Assembly: GCA_029261675.1 (NCBI GenBank)
Contig: JAJDBA010000173.1
Span: 1-48,151 of the forward strand
From: Nitrospinaceae bacterium
Lineage (GTDB): Bacteria; Nitrospinota; Nitrospinia; Nitrospinales; VA-1
Reading direction: 5' to 3'
Length of the DNA stretch: 48,151 nucleotides
The notes under the pieces are model-generated. The model did no database searches. It saw nothing but the letters and a program-made list of their open reading frames with translations, and had not been told where the DNA came from. The number at the start of each line of letters is the position of its first letter. Within the stretch, counting starts at the first letter, position 1. Of the stretch, positions 25,549 through 33,926 are shown piece by piece. Position numbers and translations under genes: made by a program.

Positions 25549-27567
25549 ATGAACGCAATAAATACTCCATCACCAACCTCAAAATCCGGATTTTTCGGAT
25601 TATTTGGAAATGGTCATAATTCAGATACTTTAAAATCTGTCGGGGGGTCATTTTCAAGTCTGAACAAAGTCCAAGCAAATATTTTGGTCGCTGACGCTGA
25701 TTTCAAACTAATCTTTGCTAATGAAAATGCGGTAAAGACTCTTGGGATAATCAAGGAGCAAATTTATGCTGAGTTCGGTGTCTCAATAAATGACATGGTG
25801 GGTGGATCGATTCATCGCTTTCATAAAGACCCGGGTAGGATAGAAAGATTATTACGTAATCCATCAGCTTTGCCGCATACGGCAGAGTTTACTTTTGGTG
25901 ATGTGACTTTGGCAGCGACTATAAATTCGATTACCCATGCCAATGGAGTGGTTTCAGGGTATATCGTTAACTGGGAAGATGTCAGCCAAATCAATTTGAC
26001 AAAACTGGAAATGGAACGCATTCAATCCATGATGGAGAATGCTCCGGTCAATGTGATTTATTGTGATCCGGTAGACTTCAAGATCAACTATATCAACCCG
26101 GCTTCTGTTACAACTCTCAAGACGATCGAACAACACCTTCCCGTTGCTGTTGATAAACTAATGGGGCAATGCATTGATATTTTCCATAAGAACCCGGCAC
26201 ATCAGAGAAAGCTTCTTTCTAATCCTAGTAACCTTCCGCATAGAGCTCAAATTCAAGTAGGCCCCGAAATTCTCGATCTTCTGGTTACCGCTATTTATGA
26301 TAGCAACAAAACCTATCTTGGCCCCATGGTCACTTGGAATGTTATTACTGAAAAGTTGAGAATAGAAAATGATGTGGCGCGAGTCAATTCCATGATGGAA
26401 AACGCGCCAGTGAACGTTATTTTTGCGGACAAGGAAGAATTTAAAATCACCTATGTCAACCCGGCTTCCATTAAAACTCTCAAGACGATCGAAGAACATC
26501 TTCCCGTTGAGGTTGATAAATTAATGGGGCAATGTATTGACATCTTTCATAAGAACCCGGGACATCAGAGAAAGATATTAACCGATCCCAATAACTTACC
26601 GCACAGGGCAGAGATTCAAGTAGGCCCTGAAGTTCTTGATCTTTTGGTCAGTGCTATTTATGACAAAGACAAAAATTACTTGGGACCTATGGTGACATGG
26701 GAGTTGATAACTGAAAAGCTGGCAGCAGAAGAACGTGAGAGGAAGGCGAATGAGGCCGTAAAAACTATTCTGGAAAGTGTTTCAGAAAAAGCTCAAACAC
26801 TTGCCGGTGCCTCAGAGGAGCTGACTGCAACCAGTCAATTGATGGCGGGTAATGCAGAAGAAACATCCGCACAATCGAATGTCGTGTCTTCTGCATCAGA
26901 TCAGGTGAATCAGAATATCCAAACGGTTGCCGCTGGTTCTGAAGAGATGAGTGCCAGCATCAAGGAAATCGCCCAAAATGCCAATCAAGCCACTAAGGTG
27001 ACTGGTGATGCTGTGAAACTAGCCGAGACCACCAATCAGACGGTGACCAAGTTGGGCGCTAGCTCCGCTGAGATCGGTCAGGTAATCAAGGTTATTACTT
27101 CAATCGCAGAACAAACGAATCTTCTGGCGCTCAATGCAACTATTGAGGCGGCTCGAGCTGGTGAGGCGGGGAAGGGGTTTGCGGTGGTGGCGAATGAGGT
27201 TAAGGAACTCGCTAACCAAACGGCTAAAGCGACAGAAGATATCAGCAGTAAGATTCAGGCAATTCAAACGGATACTCAAAGTGCAGTAACCGCGATTGGA
27301 GAGATTGGCACGGTCATAGGCCAAATCAGCGATATCTCTAATACGATTGCCAGTGCTGTTGAAGAACAATCTGCGACTACCAGTGAGATCACCCGAAACG
27401 TTTCGGAAGCATCCAGAGGGTCTCAGGAGATTGCTGAAAATATCTCCGGGGTTGCTCAGGCAGCGCATAGCACAACTGAGGGAGCCAATGATACTCAAGT
27501 TGCTGCGAGCGAATTGTCCAAACTTGCAGCCGAGATGCAGAGCCTTGTTGATCAAGATAAACGTTAA
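25549..27567 (+). CDS. Soluble methyl-accepting chemotaxis protein with three tandem PAS units (Aer2-like, putatively haem-binding); no transmembrane or HAMP segment visible
   Basis: Signalling hairpin '[35 protein letters not shown]'. Three PAS units each carry 'FHK[DN]P' (His92, His213, His334) and a later 'V[NT]W'. No hydrophobic helix anywhere in the protein. Confidence 0.88.
   Translation: MNAINTPSPTSKSGFFGLFGNGHNSDTLKSVGGSFSSLNKVQANILVADADFKLIFANENAVKTLGIIKEQIYAEFGVSINDMVGGSIHRFHKDPGRIERLLRNPSALPHTAEFTFGDVTLAATINSITHANGVVSGYIVNWEDVSQINLTKLEMERIQSMMENAPVNVIYCDPVDFKINYINPASVTTLKTIEQHLPVAVDKLMGQCIDIFHKNPAHQRKLLSNPSNLPHRAQIQVGPEILDLLVTAIYDSNKTYLGPMVTWNVITEKLRIENDVARVNSMMENAPVNVIFADKEEFKITYVNPASIKTLKTIEEHLPVEVDKLMGQCIDIFHKNPGHQRKILTDPNNLPHRAEIQVGPEVLDLLVSAIYDKDKNYLGPMVTWELITEKLAAEERERKANEAVKTILESVSEKAQTLAGASEELTATSQLMAGNAEETSAQSNVVSSASDQVNQNIQTVAAGSEEMSASIKEIAQNANQATKVTGDAVKLAETTNQTVTKLGASSAEIGQVIKVITSIAEQTNLLALNATIEAARAGEAGKGFAVVANEVKELANQTAKATEDISSKIQAIQTDTQSAVTAIGEIGTVIGQISDISNTIASAVEEQSATTSEITRNVSEASRGSQEIAENISGVAQAAHSTTEGANDTQVAASELSKLAAEMQSLVDQDKR
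26017..26742 (+). repeat. Tandem in-frame duplication (2 x 363 bp) encoding PAS units 2 and 3 of the MCP
   Basis: '[11 protein letters not shown]..' recurs exactly 363 nt (121 codons) later: TCC ATG ATG at 26026 and at 26389. The two units are roughly 80% identical in DNA by eye. An older, more diverged copy lies at about 25650-26016. Confidence 0.85.
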
Positions 27568-27657
27568 ACCTATTCCTCGAAGGGATCCGGCTTATGCCGG
27601 AGCCTTTAACGAGATTTTCCGACCATCAATACAGAAGTAATTTGGAGATAATCCATC

Positions 27658-30270
27658 ATGGGTGACAGTGAAATGATTCAAGAGTTTGTGGCCGAATGCC
27701 GTGAGAATCTGGATCAATTTGATAAAGATTTGATCCGTCTTGAAAATGAGTCGAATTCCTCTGGTTTGATGGAAAGTATTTTTCGAACCATACATACAAT
27801 CAAGGGAAGTTGCGGATTGATTGGTTTTGTTAAACTCGAATCAATTACTCATGCTGGTGAAAATCTTCTTGGAAAAATCCAGCAAGATAAGGTGACTCCC
27901 TCTAGAGAAGTAATAGGTGTCTTGCAGAAACTTGCAGATTCAGTTCGCAGGATATGTACATGCATTTTAAACCAAGGAAATGAAGGGGATCAGGATTTTT
28001 CAGAATTGATTGTGAGCCTGGAACGTTTGCAGTCAGATGAGAACGAAAAAACCTCTTCAAATAATGGAAATGGTGCAAAGGCCGCATCTCTTTTTGAGAG
28101 AATCGGAGGTCAGGAGGCAATTGATGCGACCGTCAATGTTTTCTACACCAAAGTTCTCAATGATAGCCGAATCAATCATTTTTTTGAAAATACAGATTTG
28201 AATCATTTGTTTAATAAGCAAAAGGAATTCCTGACTCTCGCATTTGGGGGATCCAGTAACTATGATGGAAAAGGATTACGGGAAGTGCACAAGCATCTGG
28301 TGGAAAAGGGGCTCAACGAAAGCCATTTTGAGGCCGTCATCGAAAACCTTGGTGCGACTTTAAAGGAACTAAAAGTTCCAGATGAGTTGATCGAAGAAGC
28401 TGCCGGTGTAGCTCTTTCTGTAAAAAATGATGTTCTTAATCAAGCTCCCTCAGCGCCACCAAAAAAAGATGAGGTTCAAATAAATGAAGCAGTAGACATC
28501 TTGCCCGAAAATGGAAAACCAATTCCAGCTAATGAAAATGTTAAAAAGACCGCGACTACTGGAAAGAAAGAAGAACGTAAGCTGGAAGACTCGAGCATTC
28601 GTGTCGATGTGCAATTGTTGGATAAACTGATGAACCTGGTTGGAGAGTTGGTTTTAGCTAGAAATCAGATCATGCAGCTCAACGATACTCATCAAGACCC
28701 TACTTTCATGGAAACCTCTCAACATTTGAATTTAGTGACCTCTGATCTTCAGGAGGGAGTAATGAAAACCCGGATGCAGCCTATAGGCGGTATATGGGGT
28801 AAGTTTCCCAGAATTGTTCGCGATTTGTCGATGGAATGCGGCAAGAAAATTCGTCTTGAAACAGAAGGTAAAGAAACCGAGTTGGACAAAACTTTGATAG
28901 AGGCAATCAAAGATCCCTTGACGCATATCATTCGCAATTCAGTAGACCATGGAATAGAAAAACCTGATATTCGGATAGATCAAGGTAAACCTGAAGAAGG
29001 AACTTTAAATTTAAAAGCCTATCACGAGGGTGGGCAGGTCATTATTGAAATCACGGATGATGGTGGTGGAATCGATTCGTCAATTCTCAAGGAAAAGGCG
29101 TTGAGTAAAGGTCTAATCACAAATGAGCAGGCCTTGAAAATGAATGATCGAGAATCCGTTAATCTTATTTTCTTACCGGGACTTTCTACGGCCAAAAAAG
29201 TTACTAATGTATCGGGTCGTGGTGTCGGAATGGATGTTGTAAAAACCAATATAGAAAAAATTGGCGGAACTGTTGATATTAATACAACTAAGGGAGAAGG
29301 CACAACTCTGAAGGTCAAGATTCCTTTAACATTGGCAATCATTCCAGCCCTGATCGTTTCAACAGGCGCAAATCAGTATGCAATACCTCAGGTAAACCTG
29401 CTGGAGTTGGTTAGACTGGAAAAAGAACAATCTGAAAATAGCATCGAGTTGATTCAAGGAACCCCGGTATATCGTTTGCGAGGAAACCTTTTACCTATTG
29501 TTAGTTTGCACGATGAGCTTGGTGTTGCAAAAAATGATACAGATCAAACCGCAACTAATATTGTTGTTTTAAACGCGAATGGCAAGCAGTTTGGTCTGGT
29601 GGTTGAGGAAATTTGTGACTCAGAGGAAATCGTGGTGAAACCTCTTGGAAGTCAGTTGAAGGGAATCTCTGCCTTTTCGGGAGCAACGATCATGGGAGAC
29701 GGGAGGATAGCATTGATCCTCGACATAATGGGTCTTGCTCAAAAAGCACAAGTAATTCGTGAAAATCAGGAGACGAGTACGAAAGAAACGAGTGGCACAG
29801 ACCTTGAAAGCAGCCATGCTTCAAACAAAGAAACCTTGTTGATATTCAGAGTTGGAAAAGAAGGGCGAAGCTCTATTCCACTTTCTGCGGTGGCACGCTT
29901 AGAGGAATTTAAGAGTTCAGATATTGAGCGTTCAGGAAAGAATAAGGTCATTCAATATCGAGGCGAAATTATACCTCTTATTTGTCTTGAAGAGTTTTTC
30001 GATTCTTTCAAAGAGATAGAGCAAAAGGAAGCAATTCAGGCTGTTATTTTTACCCAGAAAAATAAAAGTGTGGCTCTTGTAGTCGATAAAATTCTTGATA
30101 TTGTCGAAGAAAACATTTTGGTAAAACGCACGTTCTCTCGGGCGGGAATTTTGGGAACAGTGGTTGTTCAAGATAAAGTTACGGACTTGATAGATATGGA
30201 AGGTGTTGTTCGAAAAATGGACCCCACATTTTTTGAAGATTGTGAAGAGGTTTTGAGTTTGAATCATTAG
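27658..30270 (+). CDS. cheA: CheA histidine kinase with a truncated-haemoglobin domain in place of P2 and two CheW-like domains (Hpt, trHb, dimerisation, HATPase_c, CheW-like x2)
   Basis: P1 'FRTIHTIKGS' (His46); globin 'LFERIGGQEAIDATVNVFYTKVL...' at aa 144-261; P3 'IRVDVQLLDKLMNLVGELVLARNQ'. P4 'DPLTHIIRNSVDHGIE', 'DDGGGID', 'GRGVGMDVVKTNIE'. P5 'NQYAIPQVNLLELVRL...'; second CheW-like 'ETLLIFRVGKEGRSSIPLSAVARLEEF...'. Confidence 0.92.
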   Translation: MGDSEMIQEFVAECRENLDQFDKDLIRLENESNSSGLMESIFRTIHTIKGSCGLIGFVKLESITHAGENLLGKIQQDKVTPSREVIGVLQKLADSVRRICTCILNQGNEGDQDFSELIVSLERLQSDENEKTSSNNGNGAKAASLFERIGGQEAIDATVNVFYTKVLNDSRINHFFENTDLNHLFNKQKEFLTLAFGGSSNYDGKGLREVHKHLVEKGLNESHFEAVIENLGATLKELKVPDELIEEAAGVALSVKNDVLNQAPSAPPKKDEVQINEAVDILPENGKPIPANENVKKTATTGKKEERKLEDSSIRVDVQLLDKLMNLVGELVLARNQIMQLNDTHQDPTFMETSQHLNLVTSDLQEGVMKTRMQPIGGIWGKFPRIVRDLSMECGKKIRLETEGKETELDKTLIEAIKDPLTHIIRNSVDHGIEKPDIRIDQGKPEEGTLNLKAYHEGGQVIIEITDDGGGIDSSILKEKALSKGLITNEQALKMNDRESVNLIFLPGLSTAKKVTNVSGRGVGMDVVKTNIEKIGGTVDINTTKGEGTTLKVKIPLTLAIIPALIVSTGANQYAIPQVNLLELVRLEKEQSENSIELIQGTPVYRLRGNLLPIVSLHDELGVAKNDTDQTATNIVVLNANGKQFGLVVEEICDSEEIVVKPLGSQLKGISAFSGATIMGDGRIALILDIMGLAQKAQVIRENQETSTKETSGTDLESSHASNKETLLIFRVGKEGRSSIPLSAVARLEEFKSSDIERSGKNKVIQYRGEIIPLICLEEFFDSFKEIEQKEAIQAVIFTQKNKSVALVVDKILDIVEENILVKRTFSRAGILGTVVVQDKVTDLIDMEGVVRKMDPTFFEDCEEVLSLNH
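28087..28440 (+). other. Truncated haemoglobin (group I/trHbN-like, 2-on-2 globin) domain embedded in CheA
   Basis: Aligns without gaps, from 'IGG' to the proximal His, with my recollection of Mycobacterium tuberculosis HbN. Tyr-B10 (TAC 28144-28146), Gln-E11 (CAA 28219-28221) and His-F8 (CAC 28288-28290, 'REVHKH') are conserved. Confidence 0.8.
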
Positions 30271-30305
30271 AAGAATTTATTTGGAAATAACCTTAGGGAA
30301 AAATT

Positions 30306-30734
30306 ATGAGTGATGAAAAACAGTTTTGCACATTTTATCTTGGGGATAGGTTCTTTGGTGTAGAGGTGGAGCGAGTGCAGGAAGTTTTTAGATACCAAGA
30401 AATGACACAAGTTCCACTGGCGCCTTCTGTCGTGCGAGGATTGATCAATCTCAGGGGACAGATCATTACAGCCATTGATTTGAGACGTAGGCTTGGCATG
30501 AAGGAGATTTCCGAGGACCAAAACCCCATGAATATTGTCGTCAGAACCGATGATGATGTGGTGAGTCTGCTGGTGGACCGAATCGGGGATGTTTTGGAAG
30601 TAGGTGACGAAGTTCTGGAGCCCCCGCCTGAAACACTAGATGAAATAGCGCGAAAATTGATTCCAGGAGTTTATAAGCTCAACGGCTCTCTGCTGTTAAC
30701 TCTAGATACAGAAAAAACATTGGATTTTTCCTAA
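30306..30734 (+). CDS. cheW: CheW coupling protein
   Basis: 142 aa. 'FCTFYLGDRFFGVEVERVQEV', 'VRGLINLRGQIITAIDLRRRLG', 'LVDRIGDVLEV'. Confidence 0.9.
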   Translation: MSDEKQFCTFYLGDRFFGVEVERVQEVFRYQEMTQVPLAPSVVRGLINLRGQIITAIDLRRRLGMKEISEDQNPMNIVVRTDDDVVSLLVDRIGDVLEVGDEVLEPPPETLDEIARKLIPGVYKLNGSLLLTLDTEKTLDFS

Positions 30735-30912
30735 ATTAGACAAACTATTTTTAAGCATTTTTAAATTCAATCGTTATAAAACCTCATTGGATATTTACTA
30801 ATAAAATGGGTGTTTAATTTAAGTAGGTAGTACCTTCCTGACACCATTTTTATTCAATCTGCTCTCCCTTCCAAAGTTATTTATTCGCAAAGAACAAAGC
30901 TTATCAACTCTG

Positions 30913-30962
30913 ATAACGAAAAATCGTTATTCTTCCTATTTCAAAAAACGAATTTCCGGTAA
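30913..30962 (+). promoter_or_regulatory. Pair of imperfect palindromes, candidate enhancer (UAS) for sigma-54 promoter 2
   Basis: ATAACG-aaaaat-CGTTAT (30913-30930) and AAAACG-aatttc-CGGTAA (30945-30962), 32 bp apart, about 90-120 bp upstream of the -24 element. Same half-sites and geometry as 25063-25111. Confidence 0.6.
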
Positions 30963-31034
30963 AGAACCATCCAATTTTGGATCTTCAATATTGCAAGTGA
31001 TTGAAAAATAATGCTTATTTTTGTTTGTGAATTT

Positions 31035-31050
31035 TGGCAGGCATATTGCT
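31035..31050 (+). promoter_or_regulatory. Sigma-54 (-24/-12) promoter 2
   Basis: TGGCAG-gcata-TTGCt. It lies inside the TTG-initiated extension of the ORF-track entry 31021..32625 and 55 nt upstream of ATG 31105. Confidence 0.75.
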
Positions 31051-31104
31051 TTAGTAAAGTTAGTGCCGTTCATAAAAAATGTTTTCTTTGAAGGAGAAGT
31101 GGAA

Positions 31105-32625
31105 ATGAATGCAATATCGTATCAAAAAGAAACACAAACTGTGCTTCGTCTATTGATGGTTGAAGAATCGACGGAAGATGCTTTATTGCTGGCCTGTGCG
31201 CTTCGAGATGGGGGTTACCAGCCTCAATGCGAAAGAGTAGAAACAGAAGATGCGATGATTTTAGCCTTGAAAAAACAAGAGTGGGATTTGGTGATTTCGG
31301 ATTCTAGGACGACTCTATTTGATGGGTTGGAAGCTATATCAACCCTAAAAAGTCATGGAGCGAATATTCCCATCATTATCGTTTCAAGCTCTGTTGATAT
31401 GTTTTCTAAGGAGAAATTGATTAAAGCCGGTGCAAGTGAATTTGTTTTAAAAGATAAACTATCAAGTCTTATTCCTATCCTAGAAAAAATACTCCCCAAG
31501 ACGAAAGAAAACCCCAAGGCAGACCTAAAACCCAAGCAAATAGATTCAAAACCGAATGACCTAAGCGAAACTAGCGATGTAGAGCTTCTGAATGCGAAAA
31601 TTTTAATTGTGGACGATGAACCTAAAAATGTTGAAGTTATCAAACAGGTTATGGAGATGGCAGGGTATGAAAATATTCGTTTCACCTGTGACCCGAGAGA
31701 AGTTTGCGATATTTATAAAATTTTCTGGCCCGACCTGGTTTTGTTGGATTTGAACATGCCTCATATGAATGGATTTCAGGTTATGGAAGAACTTAAAAAA
31801 GTGGAGCAAAGAGACTATCTTCCGGTATTAGTTCTGACTGCTCAAACCGATAGAGAGTCTCGTTTGAAAGCCCTGCGGGCGGGGGCCAAGGATTTTTTAC
31901 TGAAACCTTTTGATCTTGTTGAGGTGATACATCGGATACAAAATATACTGGAAGTTCGACTGATCCAAAATAAGCTTAGACATCAGAATTTTAATCTTGA
32001 AGAAAAAGTTCAGGAGCGTACGAAGGAGTTATATAAAACTCAACTATCCGTAGTCCAACGGTTGGGGCGCGCAGCGGAGTATCGCGATAATGAGACCGGT
32101 AATCACGTTCTACGAATGAGTAAGGTTGCTGCTTTACTGGCAAAACATATGGGTTTTGACGAAAAACAATGCGACCTGATTCTGAATGCTGCACCCATGC
32201 ACGATGTAGGGAAAATTGGCATCCCAGACGGGATTCTACTGAAACCGGGAAAACATGATTTAGAGGAATGGGGCGTCATGAGAACCCATGCTGAAATTGG
32301 CTATCATATTCTCGCTGATGATCCATCGGAATTAATGCAGTTGGCCGCCAAGATTGCCTTGGAACACCATGAAAAGTGGGATGGGTCGGGGTATCCCAAA
32401 GGGTTAAAGGGAGAGGAAATTTCTATCGAGGCAAGGATTACTACGGTAAGCGATGTGTTTGATGCGTTGACCTCCGAAAGACCCTACAAAAGAGCATGGC
32501 CAGTTGAGGATGCTATCAAATATATTGAAGATCAAAAAGGAATCTCTTTCGATCCTCAAATTGTGGAAAAGTTCAAAAATGTTGTGCCAGATATTATTCG
32601 TATTAAAGATCAATTTGTCGATTAG
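31105..32625 (+). CDS. Dual-receiver HD-GYP response regulator (REC, REC, HD-GYP; RpfG-type putative c-di-GMP phosphodiesterase)
   Basis: Start moved to ATG 31105 (GGAG 9 nt upstream), because the upstream extension contains the sigma-54 promoter. REC1 'LLMVEES...LVISD...IIIVSSS'. REC2 'ILIVDDEPKN...LLDLNMPHMNGFQV...VLTAQ...FLLKP'. HD 'APMHDVGKIG'; 'HHEKWDGSGYP'. Confidence 0.9.
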   Translation: MNAISYQKETQTVLRLLMVEESTEDALLLACALRDGGYQPQCERVETEDAMILALKKQEWDLVISDSRTTLFDGLEAISTLKSHGANIPIIIVSSSVDMFSKEKLIKAGASEFVLKDKLSSLIPILEKILPKTKENPKADLKPKQIDSKPNDLSETSDVELLNAKILIVDDEPKNVEVIKQVMEMAGYENIRFTCDPREVCDIYKIFWPDLVLLDLNMPHMNGFQVMEELKKVEQRDYLPVLVLTAQTDRESRLKALRAGAKDFLLKPFDLVEVIHRIQNILEVRLIQNKLRHQNFNLEEKVQERTKELYKTQLSVVQRLGRAAEYRDNETGNHVLRMSKVAALLAKHMGFDEKQCDLILNAAPMHDVGKIGIPDGILLKPGKHDLEEWGVMRTHAEIGYHILADDPSELMQLAAKIALEHHEKWDGSGYPKGLKGEEISIEARITTVSDVFDALTSERPYKRAWPVEDAIKYIEDQKGISFDPQIVEKFKNVVPDIIRIKDQFVD

Positions 32626-32654
32626 ATAGAAATATAATAAAAACCTCGCAAGAT

Positions 32655-33884
32655 ATGCGGAAGGTAATTAATATGCATGATCCATTAAAACTTTTATTGA
32701 TTGATGATGATGCCATAGATCGGAAAATGTTTAAAAAGTATTTAAAGGCATTTCCTGAGGATGGTTTTTCGATTTTAGAATTTGAAACTGGGGAAGCGGG
32801 CCTGGAATACTGTAGTCGGCAAAAACCAGATTGCATGTTGCTTGATTATAGTTTGCCCGACCTGAATGGCTTGGAATTTCTTTCTCAACTGGAAAACACT
32901 TCCTTTCCCATTCTTATGTTGACGGGACAAGGTGATGAAACGATTGCTGTTGAGGCAATGAAATTGGGGGTGCAGGACTATCTTGTGAAAGATAACATTA
33001 CCCCTACCTATTTAATGAGCGCAATTAATAATGCCATTAAAATCAGTAAATCTGAGAAGCAACGGAAACACGCAGAAGAAGCGCTTATTCTAGCCAATGA
33101 TAGATTAGAAAATCGTGTTAAGGAGCGAACTTCTCGTTTAGAAGAGACTAACAAGAAATTGGTGGCCGCTAAAGAATTGGCAGAATCAGCAAATAGTGCC
33201 AAAAGTATTTTTCTTTCCAAAATGAGTCATGAATTACGTACTCCTATACATGCCATTTTAGGATTCACACAACTTTTACAAATGGATACAAAAAATCCTC
33301 TAGCCGACTACCAACAAGAAAATATGGAAAGCGTTTATTCGGCGGGTAACCATCTCTTAGACCTGATCAATGAAGTGCTCGATCTTTCGAAGATTGAAAC
33401 GGGAAACTTTCAATTGTCTATCGATAGGGTAGATATTATTCCCATTGTGGATAACGTGATATCTATTTCTCAATCACTTGCGAATGAAAAAGGTATATCC
33501 TTGAAGTATGAGGAAATTCCGCGTGAAAGTTGTTTTGTTGAAATAGATGCTATGCGATTCAAGCAAGCTGTCTTGAACCTGATTTCAAATGCAATCAAAT
33601 ACAACAAGCCCACTGGCTCTGTGCTTATTTCTTTTAAAAGGCAAGAGATTGGTAGGTTACGTATTGGAGTGCAAGATACTGGCTACGGAATTTCCGAAGA
33701 TAAGCAGGATAAAATATTTCAACCCTTTGAGCGCTTAGGTGAGGAAACAGGAACAATTGAAGGGGCAGGTATTGGGCTTACGATATCAAAACAATTTATA
33801 GAAGCAATGGGTGGAACGATCGGCTTTGAAAGTGTTTACCAAGAGGGCAGCCTTTTTTATATTGATGTTCCTGTTTCCGAATAA
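32655..33884 (+). CDS. REC-histidine kinase fusion (kinase array member 1)
   Basis: REC 'LLLIDDDAID...MLLDYSLPDLNGLEFL...ILMLTGQGD...DYLVKD'. H-box '[26 protein letters not shown]'; N-box '[14 protein letters not shown]'; G-boxes 'DTGYGI' and '[12 protein letters not shown]'. ATG 32673 after GGAAGG is an alternative start. Confidence 0.9.
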   Translation: MRKVINMHDPLKLLLIDDDAIDRKMFKKYLKAFPEDGFSILEFETGEAGLEYCSRQKPDCMLLDYSLPDLNGLEFLSQLENTSFPILMLTGQGDETIAVEAMKLGVQDYLVKDNITPTYLMSAINNAIKISKSEKQRKHAEEALILANDRLENRVKERTSRLEETNKKLVAAKELAESANSAKSIFLSKMSHELRTPIHAILGFTQLLQMDTKNPLADYQQENMESVYSAGNHLLDLINEVLDLSKIETGNFQLSIDRVDIIPIVDNVISISQSLANEKGISLKYEEIPRESCFVEIDAMRFKQAVLNLISNAIKYNKPTGSVLISFKRQEIGRLRIGVQDTGYGISEDKQDKIFQPFERLGEETGTIEGAGIGLTISKQFIEAMGGTIGFESVYQEGSLFYIDVPVSE

Positions 33885-33926
33885 AAACTATAAAATGCCT
33901 TAGTTTGTCTACAGAATTTATATTGA

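Noticed and set aside
30803-30850. Hairpin after cheW as a terminator
   Set aside because: Only 5 GC-containing base pairs (GGTGT/ACACC) close a 27-nt loop, and the rest of the pairing consumes the T-tract. It is plausible but not supportable from sequence alone.
31021-31104. TTG-initiated N-terminal extension of the HD-GYP gene in the ORF track
   Set aside because: The extension contains the sigma-54 -24/-12 element (31035-31050), so it would lie upstream of the transcription start. ATG 31105 has a GGAG Shine-Dalgarno.
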